Program-made: the position numbers and the translations under genes | The notes under the pieces: model-generated | The model's database searches: none | Told to the model about the DNA's origin: nothing | What the model saw: the letters and a program-made list of their open reading frames with translations, nothing else | In this document: positions 11,046 through 21,344 of the stretch, piece by piece | Position numbering within the stretch: position 1 is the stretch's first letter | How the letters are laid out: each line of letters starts with the position of its first letter | NCBI GenBank assembly: GCA_043228905.1 | Contig: JBHGNT010000008.1 | Coordinates: 17,050,001 to 17,114,000, forward strand | From: Azolla caroliniana | Taxonomy: Eukaryota > Plantae > Polypodiophyta | Direction of reading: 5' to 3' | Length of the DNA stretch: 64,000 nt

Positions 11046-11698
11046 ACATATTTTTCTTGTGATAGCCACAATAACTTCTTTGTCCGGTCCCAAACAATAT
11101 GCATCCCCAAGATTTTTCTTGCCGGACAAATATCCTTCATCGAGAAGGACTTGCTCAAAGCCTTCTTCAGCATTCCGATATTGATATGGTCCCGTCCGAC
11201 TATTAGCATGTCGTCCACGTACAATAGGAGAATGAGGAAGTCCCCTCCGTCGAACCTCTTCACAAACACGTAGTGGTCGGCCTGTGTTTTGTGGTACCCT
11301 TGCTCGACCATGAAGGATTTGAACATCCGGTACCATTGCCGGGGAGCTTTCTTCAATCCATATAGGCTCTTCCTCAACCGGCATACTAGATTCTCCTTTC
11401 CCTTCTTGACCAATCCTGCCGGTTGCTGCATATAGATTTCCTCTTCCAGGTCTCCATGCAGGAACTCCATCTTGACATCCAATTGTTCGACTTCTAGGTC
11501 CATGTTTGCCGCTATGCTTAGTACCTTTTGGATGGATGTCATCTTCACTACCGGGGCAAATATTTTGTCAAAATCTACACCCTTTTTATGTTGAAAACCT
11601 TTTACAACAATTCAGGCTTTATATCTGGGTGGATTTCCTCTGTCTCCTGGCTTTAGCTTGTACAACACTTATTTCAGAGTGCTCTCTTCCCTGTCGGC
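11046..11698 (-). pseudogene. Element Z (old Tnt1-like Copia): RT fragment, left piece
   Basis: APVVKMTS, LRKSLYGLKKAPRQW, LLYVDDML; continues collinearly at 40396. Confidence 0.88.
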
Positions 11699-12421
11699 TG
11701 TCAGGAATAGTACTAAAACAGAGAGAGAATTAGTACTGGAGAAGGGAAGTACTATTAGTCCTAGGAGGACGGGACTACGTAAGACTCCCAAGAGAGGAAG
11801 AGAGAAAAGGAGAGAGAGAGAGAGAGAGAGATGATGATAACAAATGATATATTATATGAAGAGTAAGTACAAAATAGCTATGAGGCTTGTAAAGAATCAA
11901 GAGATGGATTCTTGTGAAGCGGAAGAGATATGAGTTATGTGTGTGTATGAGAGAGAGAGAGAGTGAGTGAGAGAGACAAGGAATAAGACACAGAGAATAC
12001 GCAAGGTAAGAGTATATTAACAAAGGAGAAAGACTCAACATTATACAAAGTGGGAGGAGGGTGCTTTATATAGTCACCCTCTCTCTTCATTAACTACAAG
12101 ACTCATGGAGCATGGGGAATGTGAAAGCTCATAAGTTATGTGTCATAGAATATGATTCAATGACTCATACTAAATGCTAGAATACAAAGTGGTGACATAG
12201 TGGTGACTCTTGACCATTGGAGTGTCTATTCACTCTCAAGGTGAGTTCACACACTAGACCAAGTTGATCTTGATTCTCAACATGCCCCCTAAAGCTCAAG
12301 TCGGGTCGGTTTCAGACGGTATCCAAAATATGCTTCGACTCGCGTTCCAGAGTCCGCGTCGACTCACGTTCCGGAGTCCACGTCGACTCACGTCCATTCG
12401 CATTTATGTGGAGTTGTGGAA

Positions 12422-15400
12422 TGTAAAAAGAAACGTACGGAAACAAGTATGAAGACCAAATAGAAGAGAGAAACTCAGGTTTAATGGAGAGCTTGAGCTT
12501 ACACGGTATACGCGGGAGAGATAGAGAGAGAAACACAGAAAACTCTATATTCAATAATAATACTCAGTCTGTACATAAGACGTGCTCAGTGAGCACTTTT
12601 ATACAAGCCCTAGAAGGACTGACCGAAGTACTGACAGTACTTCAATGCTCATCAAGAGCTCCTACACTAACTCCCAAATATATTCCTCACGGAATATCTT
12701 TCCTAACGACCTCCCGGTTTACGCACTCGGCCTAACCGATCGGTCCTCGGCTTCTTCAGCCGATCCGGCTGATGTTGAGCTTGTCTCTCAACACTCCCCC
12801 TCAAGCTTAACTTGAGGCTCTTCGGAATCTTCACAACACTGGTTCCTCCTGGCTTCTCGCCTCGCTCGCGCTCCTCGACCTGTTCGACTCCGCGCGCTTC
12901 GACCCTTCCGGTCGGCTTGTCTGGTCATGTGGCCCTTATCAGCTCTTCTGTTGTTGCGGTGTTGACGCTTCTCCTGCTGCCTTTTCTTCCGCTTGGGCCT
13001 CGGTTGATTCAACATATCTGAATCAAACATTCAAACCGACTCGGCTACCTCCGATCGGTCTTCACTCTCGTCCAAGTTGGCTGTCTCCAACTCGTCTTCG
13101 GTCTTCTCGCCCTCGATGGCGTCATCTCCCCTATGCGTGGTTGGCTTCGGCTCTCTCCTTTGGCTGCTCCCCTTCTGTCCGCTTCCGAACTTTTCCGCGG
13201 GTCCGCCCTCGGCTTCTTCAGCCGATCTGAAGTTGAACTCGACAACCGAGTCAACCGACTCAGACTCGGTGTCGCGGTCTCCACTCAAGTTCGGCACATC
13301 GAGGTGACGCAACCCGAGCGCACCTGAGAATTGCCGCAACTTGTCAAGACCAAGAGGCTTGGTGAAGATGTTGGCAGTCTGCCGATCCGTCGGAACGTAC
13401 TGAAGTTCGACTTCACCGAAAAGGACACGCTCACGGACGAAATGGTAGTGCACCTCAATGTGCTTGGTCCGTGCGTGGAAAACGGGGTTTTTCGCGAGCT
13501 AGATGCTGCTGAGGTTGTCGCAGTAGATCGTCGTCGGATCGGACACCTCCACCTGCAGATCCTTAAGTAGCCGCTTCAACCATATGGCTTCGCATGTCGC
13601 GATAGCCGCTCCTCGGTACTCAGCTTCGGTGCTCGACAATGCAACTGTCGGCTACTTCTTACTACTTCACGCGATCGCAGCACTCCCGAGAGAGAACGCG
13701 TATCCGGACGTGGATCAGCGATCGGCGGCGTTGCTAGCCCAATCAGCATCGGTGTAGCCGACTAATTGCGCGGCTGCACCGGTCCGATATAGCAGTCCCC
13801 GGTCCTTAGTGCCGTTGACATACCGAAGTATGCGTTGCGCACACTGAAGGTGCTCCTCGGTAGGTCGCGCCATGAACTGACTCATCACCCCGACCGGATA
13901 ACTGAGGTCGGGTCGGGTGATGGTCAAGTATATGAGGCTTCCGACAATTTGTCGGAACCTCGTCGGGTCGCATACCTTTCCCGTATCGGGACAAAGCTTG
14001 ACGGTTCTATCCAGAGGAGTCGAGACGGACTTACAGTCGGCCATCCCAAACTTGAAGAGCATACTCAGCACGTAATGACGTTGGCTGATCAATATGCCTT
14101 CGGGGGTACGGATCACTTCGATCCCGAGAAAGTAATGAAGGTCCCCCAGATCCTTCATGTTGAACGATGCCGCAAGCTGGAGCTTCATGCGGTCGATTTC
14201 ACGTAGGTCGGCGCCGGTGATGACTAAGTCATCAACATATAGTAAAATACTAACCGGTCCGAGTCGACCTTTCCGGATGAACAGGGAAGAGTCCGATTTT
14301 GACGTGACGAAGCCCATCCAACGCAGTTGTTGCGTGATCTTCGCGTTCCAGGCACGCGGGGCTTGCTTCAGTTCGTAAAGGGACTTCTTCAGTCGGCATA
14401 CTGCCGAGGAGTTCGTTCCGGAGTGAAATCCGGGGGGCTGTACCATGTACACTTGTTCCTCAAGGTCACCTTGCAGGAACACATTCTTTACATCCATCTG
14501 ATGTAAGTGCCACCCCTTGGCCGTGGCTACAGCAAGCAAAACACGGATGGTCGTCATTTTCGCGACCGGCGCAAACGTCTCATCGTAGTCGATGCCGTGC
14601 TTCTGCGCGTAGCCCTTTGCCACTAGTCGAGCCTTGTACCGGTTGACCGAGCCATCGGTGTTGTACTTGACCTTGTACACCCACCTACACCCGATCGGTA
14701 TTACCCCTGTTGGTGCATCAACCAGGTCCTAGGTCTCGTTCTCCGCCAATGCGTGCATCTCTTCCTCCATCGCGGCACGCCAATTCGCGTCTTTAGCCGC
14801 TTTTGCATAGCTCTCCGGCTCACGCACTTCCGTTGTATCTGAACCGCACAACTGGGTTCTTTTGGCGGGTAGATCGGCGTAATCTCTCATTAGCCGATGT
14901 CGAGGCCTTCTCGGTCGACGCGGTCTTCACCTTTAAAGACCCATCACCAGTTTCCTCGAAGTTGGACTCGCTTCGGTCTGACTTGTTCTTATCCGTGCCG
15001 GAATCCAACACCTTCTTCTTCCCTTTCTCTCTGCGCGTAAGCCGTCTCCTCGGCTTCCTGTGCGGGGAATGCATGGTCGAGTCTCCACTACTCGCCGGCT
15101 CTTCATCGGACTGATCGTACCGACACAATCGTCCAATTGGTCCACTTAACTGGAGTGAAATTGGACTCTCTTCGCGGGTCTCGATTTCGGGCTCATCCGG
15201 AGGCATCTTGGCCTCGCTGACCTCATCGTCAGAGCTCGGATCGGAGTTGGGGTTCAGAGTCGGGGGCTGGTACCAAGACGCGGACTCGTCAAACACAACG
15301 TCGTGACTGACACGCGCTTGTTTGGTGTGAGGGTTATAGCACTTATAACCCTTCTGCTCGTCCGAGTAACCGACCAAGATGCACTTCTCGGCCTTTGCGT

Positions 15401-17240
15401 CCAGCTTCCTCCTTTTCTCCTTCGGTATATGCACATACGCAATGCTACCGAACACCCTCAAGTGTCGCAAGTTCGGCTTCGTTCCGAAATATAGCTCGTG
15501 CGCCGACACTTTGTCTCCGATCCAGTTCTAGATGTATACCGTGGTCCTTACCGCCTCGGCCCAGTAGAACTTGGGCAAGCTCTTCTCCTCCAGCATTGCC
15601 CGTGCCGCTTCCACAATCGATCGATTCTTCCTCTCGGCCACACCGTTCTGCTCTGGCATGTATCTACAACTGAATTCGCGTCGAATTCCCATTTGTTGTA
15701 GATATCCGTTGAATTAACCGGAAAAGTACTCTTTTCCGCCATCCGACCGCAAGCACTTGATCTTTCGTCCCGTTTTGGCTTCCACGAACCCTTTGAGGTC
15801 CCGGAAACAGTCGAAGACTTCGCTCTTCCTCTCAATGAGGTAGATCCACGTGTGCCGCGTGTGATCGTCGATGAAGGAGACGAAATATCGGCTCCCGCCA
15901 AGACTAACGTTTTGTGTCGGCCCCCATACATCGGAGTGTATAAGGTTGAGCTTGTTCCGGCTCCGGTTTCGCTCGTTGGGGAAGGGAAGTCGGTGTTGCT
16001 TCCGGAGCTGGCAGGCTTCACAAATTTGTGCCTTTCGACCACTAAATTTGGGCTAACCGAACACTACCTGTTTCGTTTGCAGATCTTGAAGCCGCTGGTA
16101 GTTGACGTGGCCTATTCGCTTGTGCAACAAGTCGATGTCCGACTCGGTCTTTTGTCCCTTCGCGTACATTGTGGTGCCGCCGTCAGTGGAGTCGAGGATG
16201 AACATCCTCCCGTCTCTGTGCCCTTGCGCAATCATACGGCTTTCTTCCTCAATGAAGCACCCAAGGTGTGTAAACCGAACCTCCATCCCTTGGTCGACGA
16301 TCTGTCCGACTGAGACCAAGTTCTTCGTGATTGTCGGAACGTGCAGCACATTCTTGAGTTTCCCTTTCTGCCCGACATGGCTAAGGGGAACTTCTCCGAC
16401 ATTCGCGATCGGATGCAGAGTGTCGTCTCCTGTTGCGACTACTCTCGGTTGTATCGGTTTTTCAAGGTACGAGAACCACTCCTTATGGCTCGTCATGTGG
16501 TTTGATGCGCCGGAGTCTACGTACCACACCTCGTCCGATCTCGGGGTGCTCTGTTTCATTGAGTTTGCTTTTGTGTCTCGTCACGAAGACAGACCCTTCT
16601 CCGGCTCTCTCGGAGTCTTCGGCGTAGTGCGATTGCTGCCGATTTCCCTTGTCGGTGTTTCTGGAGCCATTTCTCTCTGAATCGGCGCGCTTCTTCCAGC
16701 ACTCACTTTCCTTTTGGCCTTTCTTGCCACAGTACCAGGACTCCGCGATGGACTTCCCTTGCTGGTTCTCATTGCTTCGACTCCCCCTGTTTCCGGAGGG
16801 TCCGGAGTTGCTGTCGGCATTACTTCGGTGCCTTCTTCCTTGATCTCGTCGGCCGCCTCCATTGCGCGCCGACTCACCTCATCCTCCACGTCCACGGGGC
16901 CTATCTCCCTCTGTGTACAACATTCTGTTGTCGGTGTGCGTGCTTGTAGAGAGAGAAACACAGAGAGACAGAGAGAGAAACACAGAAAACTCTATATTCA
17001 ATAATAATACTCAGTCTGTACGTAAGACGTGCTCAGTGAGCACTTTTATACAAGCCCTAGAAGGACTGACCGAAGTACTGACAGTACTTCAATGCTCATC
17101 AAGAGCTCCTACACTAACTCCCAAATATATTCCTCACGGAATATCTTTTCTAACGACCTCCCGGTTTACGCACTCGGCCTAACCGATCGGTCCTCGGTTT
17201 CTTCAGCCAATCCGGCTGATGTTGAGCTTGTCTCTCAACA
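12422..17240 (-). mobile_element. Element C: Ty1/Copia inserted in the 3' UTR of B; U5, PBS and most of gag deleted
   Basis: 3' LTR 12422-12793; 5' LTR remnant ~16947-17240; TSD TGGAA/CGGAA; PPT ctccccctcaagct at 12794. Confidence 0.9.
13031..16945 (-). pseudogene. C gag-pol remnant (zinc knuckle, protease, integrase, RT, RNase H) with stops and frameshifts
   Basis: WYVDSGASNHM, RKLDAKAEKCILVGY, YKARLVAKGY, LLYVDDL, GYTDADW, HYHFVRE. Confidence 0.9.
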
Positions 17241-17353
17241 CGGAATCCGTGCTCCAGCTTGCGTTGTGCGTAATTGCGAAGTCTGTGCTTCGGCTTGCGT
17301 CTTTCTTCGCGGCTTTGCGTGGTAGATCGGCTCTTCGCGGCTTCGTTGCGCGG

Positions 17354-17458
17354 TTGCGTAATCCACGCGTTATTGCGTAGTGTCCGCGGTTTGCGTAATC
17401 CACGCGTTATTGCGTAGTGTCCGTGGTTTGTGGAATCCACGCGTTATTGCGTAGCGTC
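17354..17458. repeat. 37-bp tandem repeat (~3 copies) at the B pol stop / 3' UTR
   Basis: ttgcgtaatccacgcgttattgcgtagtgtccgcggt starting at 17354, 17391, 17428. Confidence 0.85.
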
Positions 17459-18050
17459 TTCAGTACTCCCCCTCAAGCTTGGCAGGTCAGGGATCGTCAA
17501 TCCAAGATTGGTCATGAATTGCCATAGCTTGTCGGCTCCTAAGGCTTTAGTGAAGATGTCGAACATTTGAAGATTGGTGCTAATGTGTTGTAGGTCGACA
17601 TCGCCAGTTAGAACGCGCTCTCGGATGAAGTGATAGTGCACTTCGATGTGCTTTGTCCGCGTGTGGAACACCGGGTTCTGAGCCAGATAGATATTGTTCA
17701 TGTTGTTGTAGTAAAGGGAAGTCGGATCCTTGATGGGTACGCCCAGATCCACGAGTATCCTCTTGAGCCATACGGCTTCACATGCGGCCATTGCCGCGTC
17801 CCTGTATTCTGCCTCTGTGCTCGAAAGAGCGACGGTTGGTTGCTTTTTGCTGCTCCAAGATATTGCTCTGCTACCGAGGGAGAAAACAAATCTCGAGGTT
17901 GATCTTCTATCGGCTTTGTAGCCGGCCCAATCGGCGTCTGTGTACCCCTCGAGTCGTATTGGCATCGTGGTCTTGTAGAGGATGCCGCAATCCATTGTGT
18001 TGCTCACGTATCGTAGAACTCGCTTAGCGCAATCCAAGTGAGCATCACGA
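17444..18050 (-). pseudogene. B pol C-terminus (RT end + RNase H)
   Basis: GYTDADWAG, SWSSKKQPTVALSSTEAEY, RTKHIEVHYHFIRE; joins 26496 (QKPR|DAHLDC). Confidence 0.9.
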
Positions 18051-18556
18051 TGTCGTGAAGATTTTCGGCAATAGTGTGAAAATCCCATAAAACGTACGAA
18101 ATCGAGTATGAATCACATAGTACAATAATTGTAAAGATAACATTTTAAATAGATTTAATATCTAAGTACAAAATGATGGAGGTTTCGAATGCACTTTATT
18201 ACACGAGAAACAGACAACTAAATGTCAAGATATGAGGGTATAAAGTTTGTGAAAGGAAAAGAGAAAATTGTGAGATATCCCACATAGGCACGACAAATAC
18301 AGCTCTCATCATATATAAGGTGGAGCACAAGATATTATCTTTGTGTCTATGTGTGGAGCATAGAGAGTTCAAGGTAACTTGAACTAAGAGTGGAGGTGGG
18401 CTAGCTACTCGTAAAGGGTTTTGGCCAACCAAAACTGGACCGGGGATGGAGCCGGTGATCCGGTGACGGCATCCGTCGAGGCACCGGTAACCAACGGTAT
18501 CCGACGACTAGATAAATAAATATATAAATATATATACATATTTACATATACAAGGA

Positions 18557-18625
18557 GGGCAAGTAAGGATTCAAACCTTGCACCTCCAAGTTAGGAGTCA
18601 ATTGGCTTACCATTAAGCCATGCTA
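18557..18625 (-). ncRNA. tRNA-like Pol III module in the D 5' LTR (second copy 25975-26043)
   Basis: A box TGGCTTAATGG, D-arm GCTT/AAGC, CTCCTAA loop, B box GGTTTGAATCC with AAGG/CCTT stem; acceptor stem decayed. Confidence 0.65.
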
Positions 18626-19086
18626 TTTAGTTCAAATTATATTTCTATCATTGTACTTTTACATGTAAATTCTCATACATGAGAGCTAAAATGAGTGACA
18701 TGGTTATCATGCACCACATGTAATACATAAGCGTCAAATGGCAAACATGCAATTTATGCATGTCTTGTACCCTCACATGCATCATATGCATGAGAGCATC
18801 TATAAAAGAGGGAAGGGGGAGGAGAAAAAACACGGTTTTTTTTTTTTATTAAATTAAGAAGAAGAAATTCGTTATCAAATTGATGGTGTAACTTGTTTCT
18901 TAAATCTAAAGTTAAAAGTTCAATCAATCTCTCTCAATCATTTAATCTCAACTTCTCTCTTTCCCAATCTATCTTAAGTACTTTCTCGTCAAAGCTTGTA
19001 TCGACTTTGAATCCTTCCAGTCCAGAACCCCGGCGGTTCTGCCTCACGATCCGCGCGTAGTGACGGATCTTCATGACATAATAAAG

Positions 19087-19104
19087 TGGTGAACCCGACG
19101 TGAA
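19087..19104 (+). other. Primer binding site complementary to the tRNA-Trp 3' end
   Basis: TGGTGAACCCGACGTGAA, matching the plant cytosolic tRNA-Trp 3' end as recalled (..TTCACGTCGGGTTCACCA). Confidence 0.85.
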
Positions 19105-19139
19105 CGAGGCGGTAGGAAGGATCAAGTCGAGATTAATAC

Positions 19140-21344
19140 TTGGAGATGGCGCCCTCAAGCAACCAAGCGGGAGAGCTCGAAAGGATGATGCTAATCGTCG
19201 AGCAAATGATGAGATCTCGGGACAACGATGAGAGCGTGGAGAAGGCTGTCGATCGTGTCGTAGAGCTCGAGGGCCAATTTGATGGAAGGAACGTTACGAA
19301 GTTCCTTGATGCATATAGAAGGGAGATGAATCAAAGGGACGTGTCTGAGGCACGTCAAATCGCAAGCTTCAAGAGAGTTGTCGCCAACAACATCCAAAGA
19401 CGCATCATCGAGCTTCAAGAGGGTAAGACAACATGGTCCGAGTTCGAGAAAACGATACTAGCGGAGTTCGTGACTGAAGACTCGACGAGGATAACTCGAC
19501 ATGCCCTGATGAAGTGCATAGAGAAGAAGAATAAGAAGATGAGTGTCTCAAGGTTGTACGATGAATTCGACCAGATGTTTAGTCGTCTCCCCAATACGGA
19601 CCAAGTGTTGCTTGAAGAGGACAAGACTTTGTACTTCTTGAAGGCCGTGGACATAAAGGATAGACGGGAGTTGGGGACTCTTCTCGAAGATGATACCCAA
19701 GCAAATGGGCTCGTAGCGGACTGGATCGCGGTGAAGCGGGCATGCAATAGGCTCGACAAGCGTCACCAATGGGTTGATGACACCGACTTGACGAGACCGA
19801 CTACCACGGAGAAAGCAAGACCGCCGAATGTAGCTGAGCCGCCAAGACAAAGTAACGTGGAAGAAAAGAAGATTGATGATGACATCATTGAAGAGCTAGT
19901 GAAGAAGTTCGAAAAGGTCACTCTAGCCAACATGAATCGTCGGGGCCCTAAAGGAAAAGAACCCTTTAGATGCGTGTGTTGCGATAGCATGGACCACATG
20001 AGAAGGGATTGTGCGAGCCTTCGAGAGGCGATTCGACAAAATATCGTATACATAGAGGACAACATGATCTGCTCAAGCGAGACTAGAAGACCCCTACGGG
20101 TGAATTTCGGAAGAGGAGGAATGAAGAGATCTATGGAGGATGCCGATGCGACTCATGTGGATGCGATGCACTATGCTGCGTCGGTCGGAATAAGAGTCGG
20201 GAAAGACAGGACTGAAGCTACTAGAGCGGGAGCAAAGTTTTGGACTTCCGTTCTCGAATATGAGAAGAAGGGAAAAATCACATCGAACGAGGTAGAGCTT
20301 GCGGACCGAAGCGTGCAAAGCATAACCGGGTGGTCGGATCCGGTGGATGACAACACCATACTCGCAGAGGTGATGTGCGACAACCACGAGGTGTTTGTCG
20401 AAGAAAAGAGAAAGAGAATAGAAGAGCAAGGGCCATTAAAAAGACATGAAACAAGGAACGCGAAAAAGAAGGACGATGCGGAGACGAGTCGACCTTTACA
20501 AACAGAGGAACGAGAATCAAGCCGAAAAGGGGAGCCGAGCATACGAGTTGAAGAAACGGTTCGGCCCGTGAAGGTTGGTGTCGAAGACCCCGCTCGGAGG
20601 ACAAGGACCATACCTACCTATAAGCTAAGGTCGGACATAGAGCAGGCGACGGACCTAAAGAAGATTCTCGAAGAACGAGTTCTTGATAGCCACGTAACTT
20701 TGTCCTTGAGGGAATTGCTTGGCATTATGAAGGAGTTCCATGACACGATCGTGGACCTTGTAAAGAGAAAGAGACAACAATCGGATGAGGAAGAAGAGAA
20801 GCCGCAAAAAGCAAAAACGAATGCCATAACAATGGCAAGAGACGAAATCGATGAAGATATGGTGGACAGCCACTACACTCGACCTCATTGGGCACGAGCG
20901 ACAACGGAGATGCCGGTGAAGATCGGGGAGAAGAAAGAGACTGTCATAGCCTTGATCGACCACGGCTCGGAGATCAACCTCATCATGTCAACCGACTTCT
21001 ACAAAAAGGGAAGATGGCCAATCAATACAAACCACGGATGGAAGATTCGCGCGGCAACAAAGTCTACGGAGGACTTGTACGGAGCTTGTCCCAATATCAA
21101 AGTCACGATCGGGGATGTGGAGATGGATCAACACTTCTTCGTACAAGAATCGGCGTCGCATCCTGTCATCCTAGGGCAACCTTATATCACATCATCTCGG
21201 ATGGAGACCAAAGTGTTCGATAATGGAGTAGCCTTCGCACGAATAAAGAGTCTTGACAATCAAAGATCGGTCCAATTCCTAACGGTGAGAGCCAATCATG
21301 AAAGGAATCGAGATAGTCTCAGAGGCGAATCCTCGGATTTTTAG
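19140..21344 (+). CDS. D gag-protease ORF (ATG probably 19146)
   Basis: CVCCDSMDHMRRDC knuckle; ALIDHGSEIN protease and VILGQPY motifs. Confidence 0.88.
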   Translation: MEMAPSSNQAGELERMMLIVEQMMRSRDNDESVEKAVDRVVELEGQFDGRNVTKFLDAYRREMNQRDVSEARQIASFKRVVANNIQRRIIELQEGKTTWSEFEKTILAEFVTEDSTRITRHALMKCIEKKNKKMSVSRLYDEFDQMFSRLPNTDQVLLEEDKTLYFLKAVDIKDRRELGTLLEDDTQANGLVADWIAVKRACNRLDKRHQWVDDTDLTRPTTTEKARPPNVAEPPRQSNVEEKKIDDDIIEELVKKFEKVTLANMNRRGPKGKEPFRCVCCDSMDHMRRDCASLREAIRQNIVYIEDNMICSSETRRPLRVNFGRGGMKRSMEDADATHVDAMHYAASVGIRVGKDRTEATRAGAKFWTSVLEYEKKGKITSNEVELADRSVQSITGWSDPVDDNTILAEVMCDNHEVFVEEKRKRIEEQGPLKRHETRNAKKKDDAETSRPLQTEERESSRKGEPSIRVEETVRPVKVGVEDPARRTRTIPTYKLRSDIEQATDLKKILEERVLDSHVTLSLRELLGIMKEFHDTIVDLVKRKRQQSDEEEEKPQKAKTNAITMARDEIDEDMVDSHYTRPHWARATTEMPVKIGEKKETVIALIDHGSEINLIMSTDFYKKGRWPINTNHGWKIRAATKSTEDLYGACPNIKVTIGDVEMDQHFFVQESASHPVILGQPYITSSRMETKVFDNGVAFARIKSLDNQRSVQFLTVRANHERNRDSLRGESSDF

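Noticed and set aside
10688-11548. 286-aa ORF as a novel fusion protein
   Set aside because: Copia RT fragment running into the antisense strand of Y gag across a deletion junction near 11045
12205-12222. AATGGTCAAGAG shared between B LTR (minus strand) and the A tRNA-like module
   Set aside because: Only 12 nt, with no B box at the expected distance; probably chance
18557-18625. Functional tRNA-Arg gene, or an element-encoded primer
   Set aside because: Acceptor and anticodon stems do not pair properly, and the 3' end is not complementary to the Trp PBS
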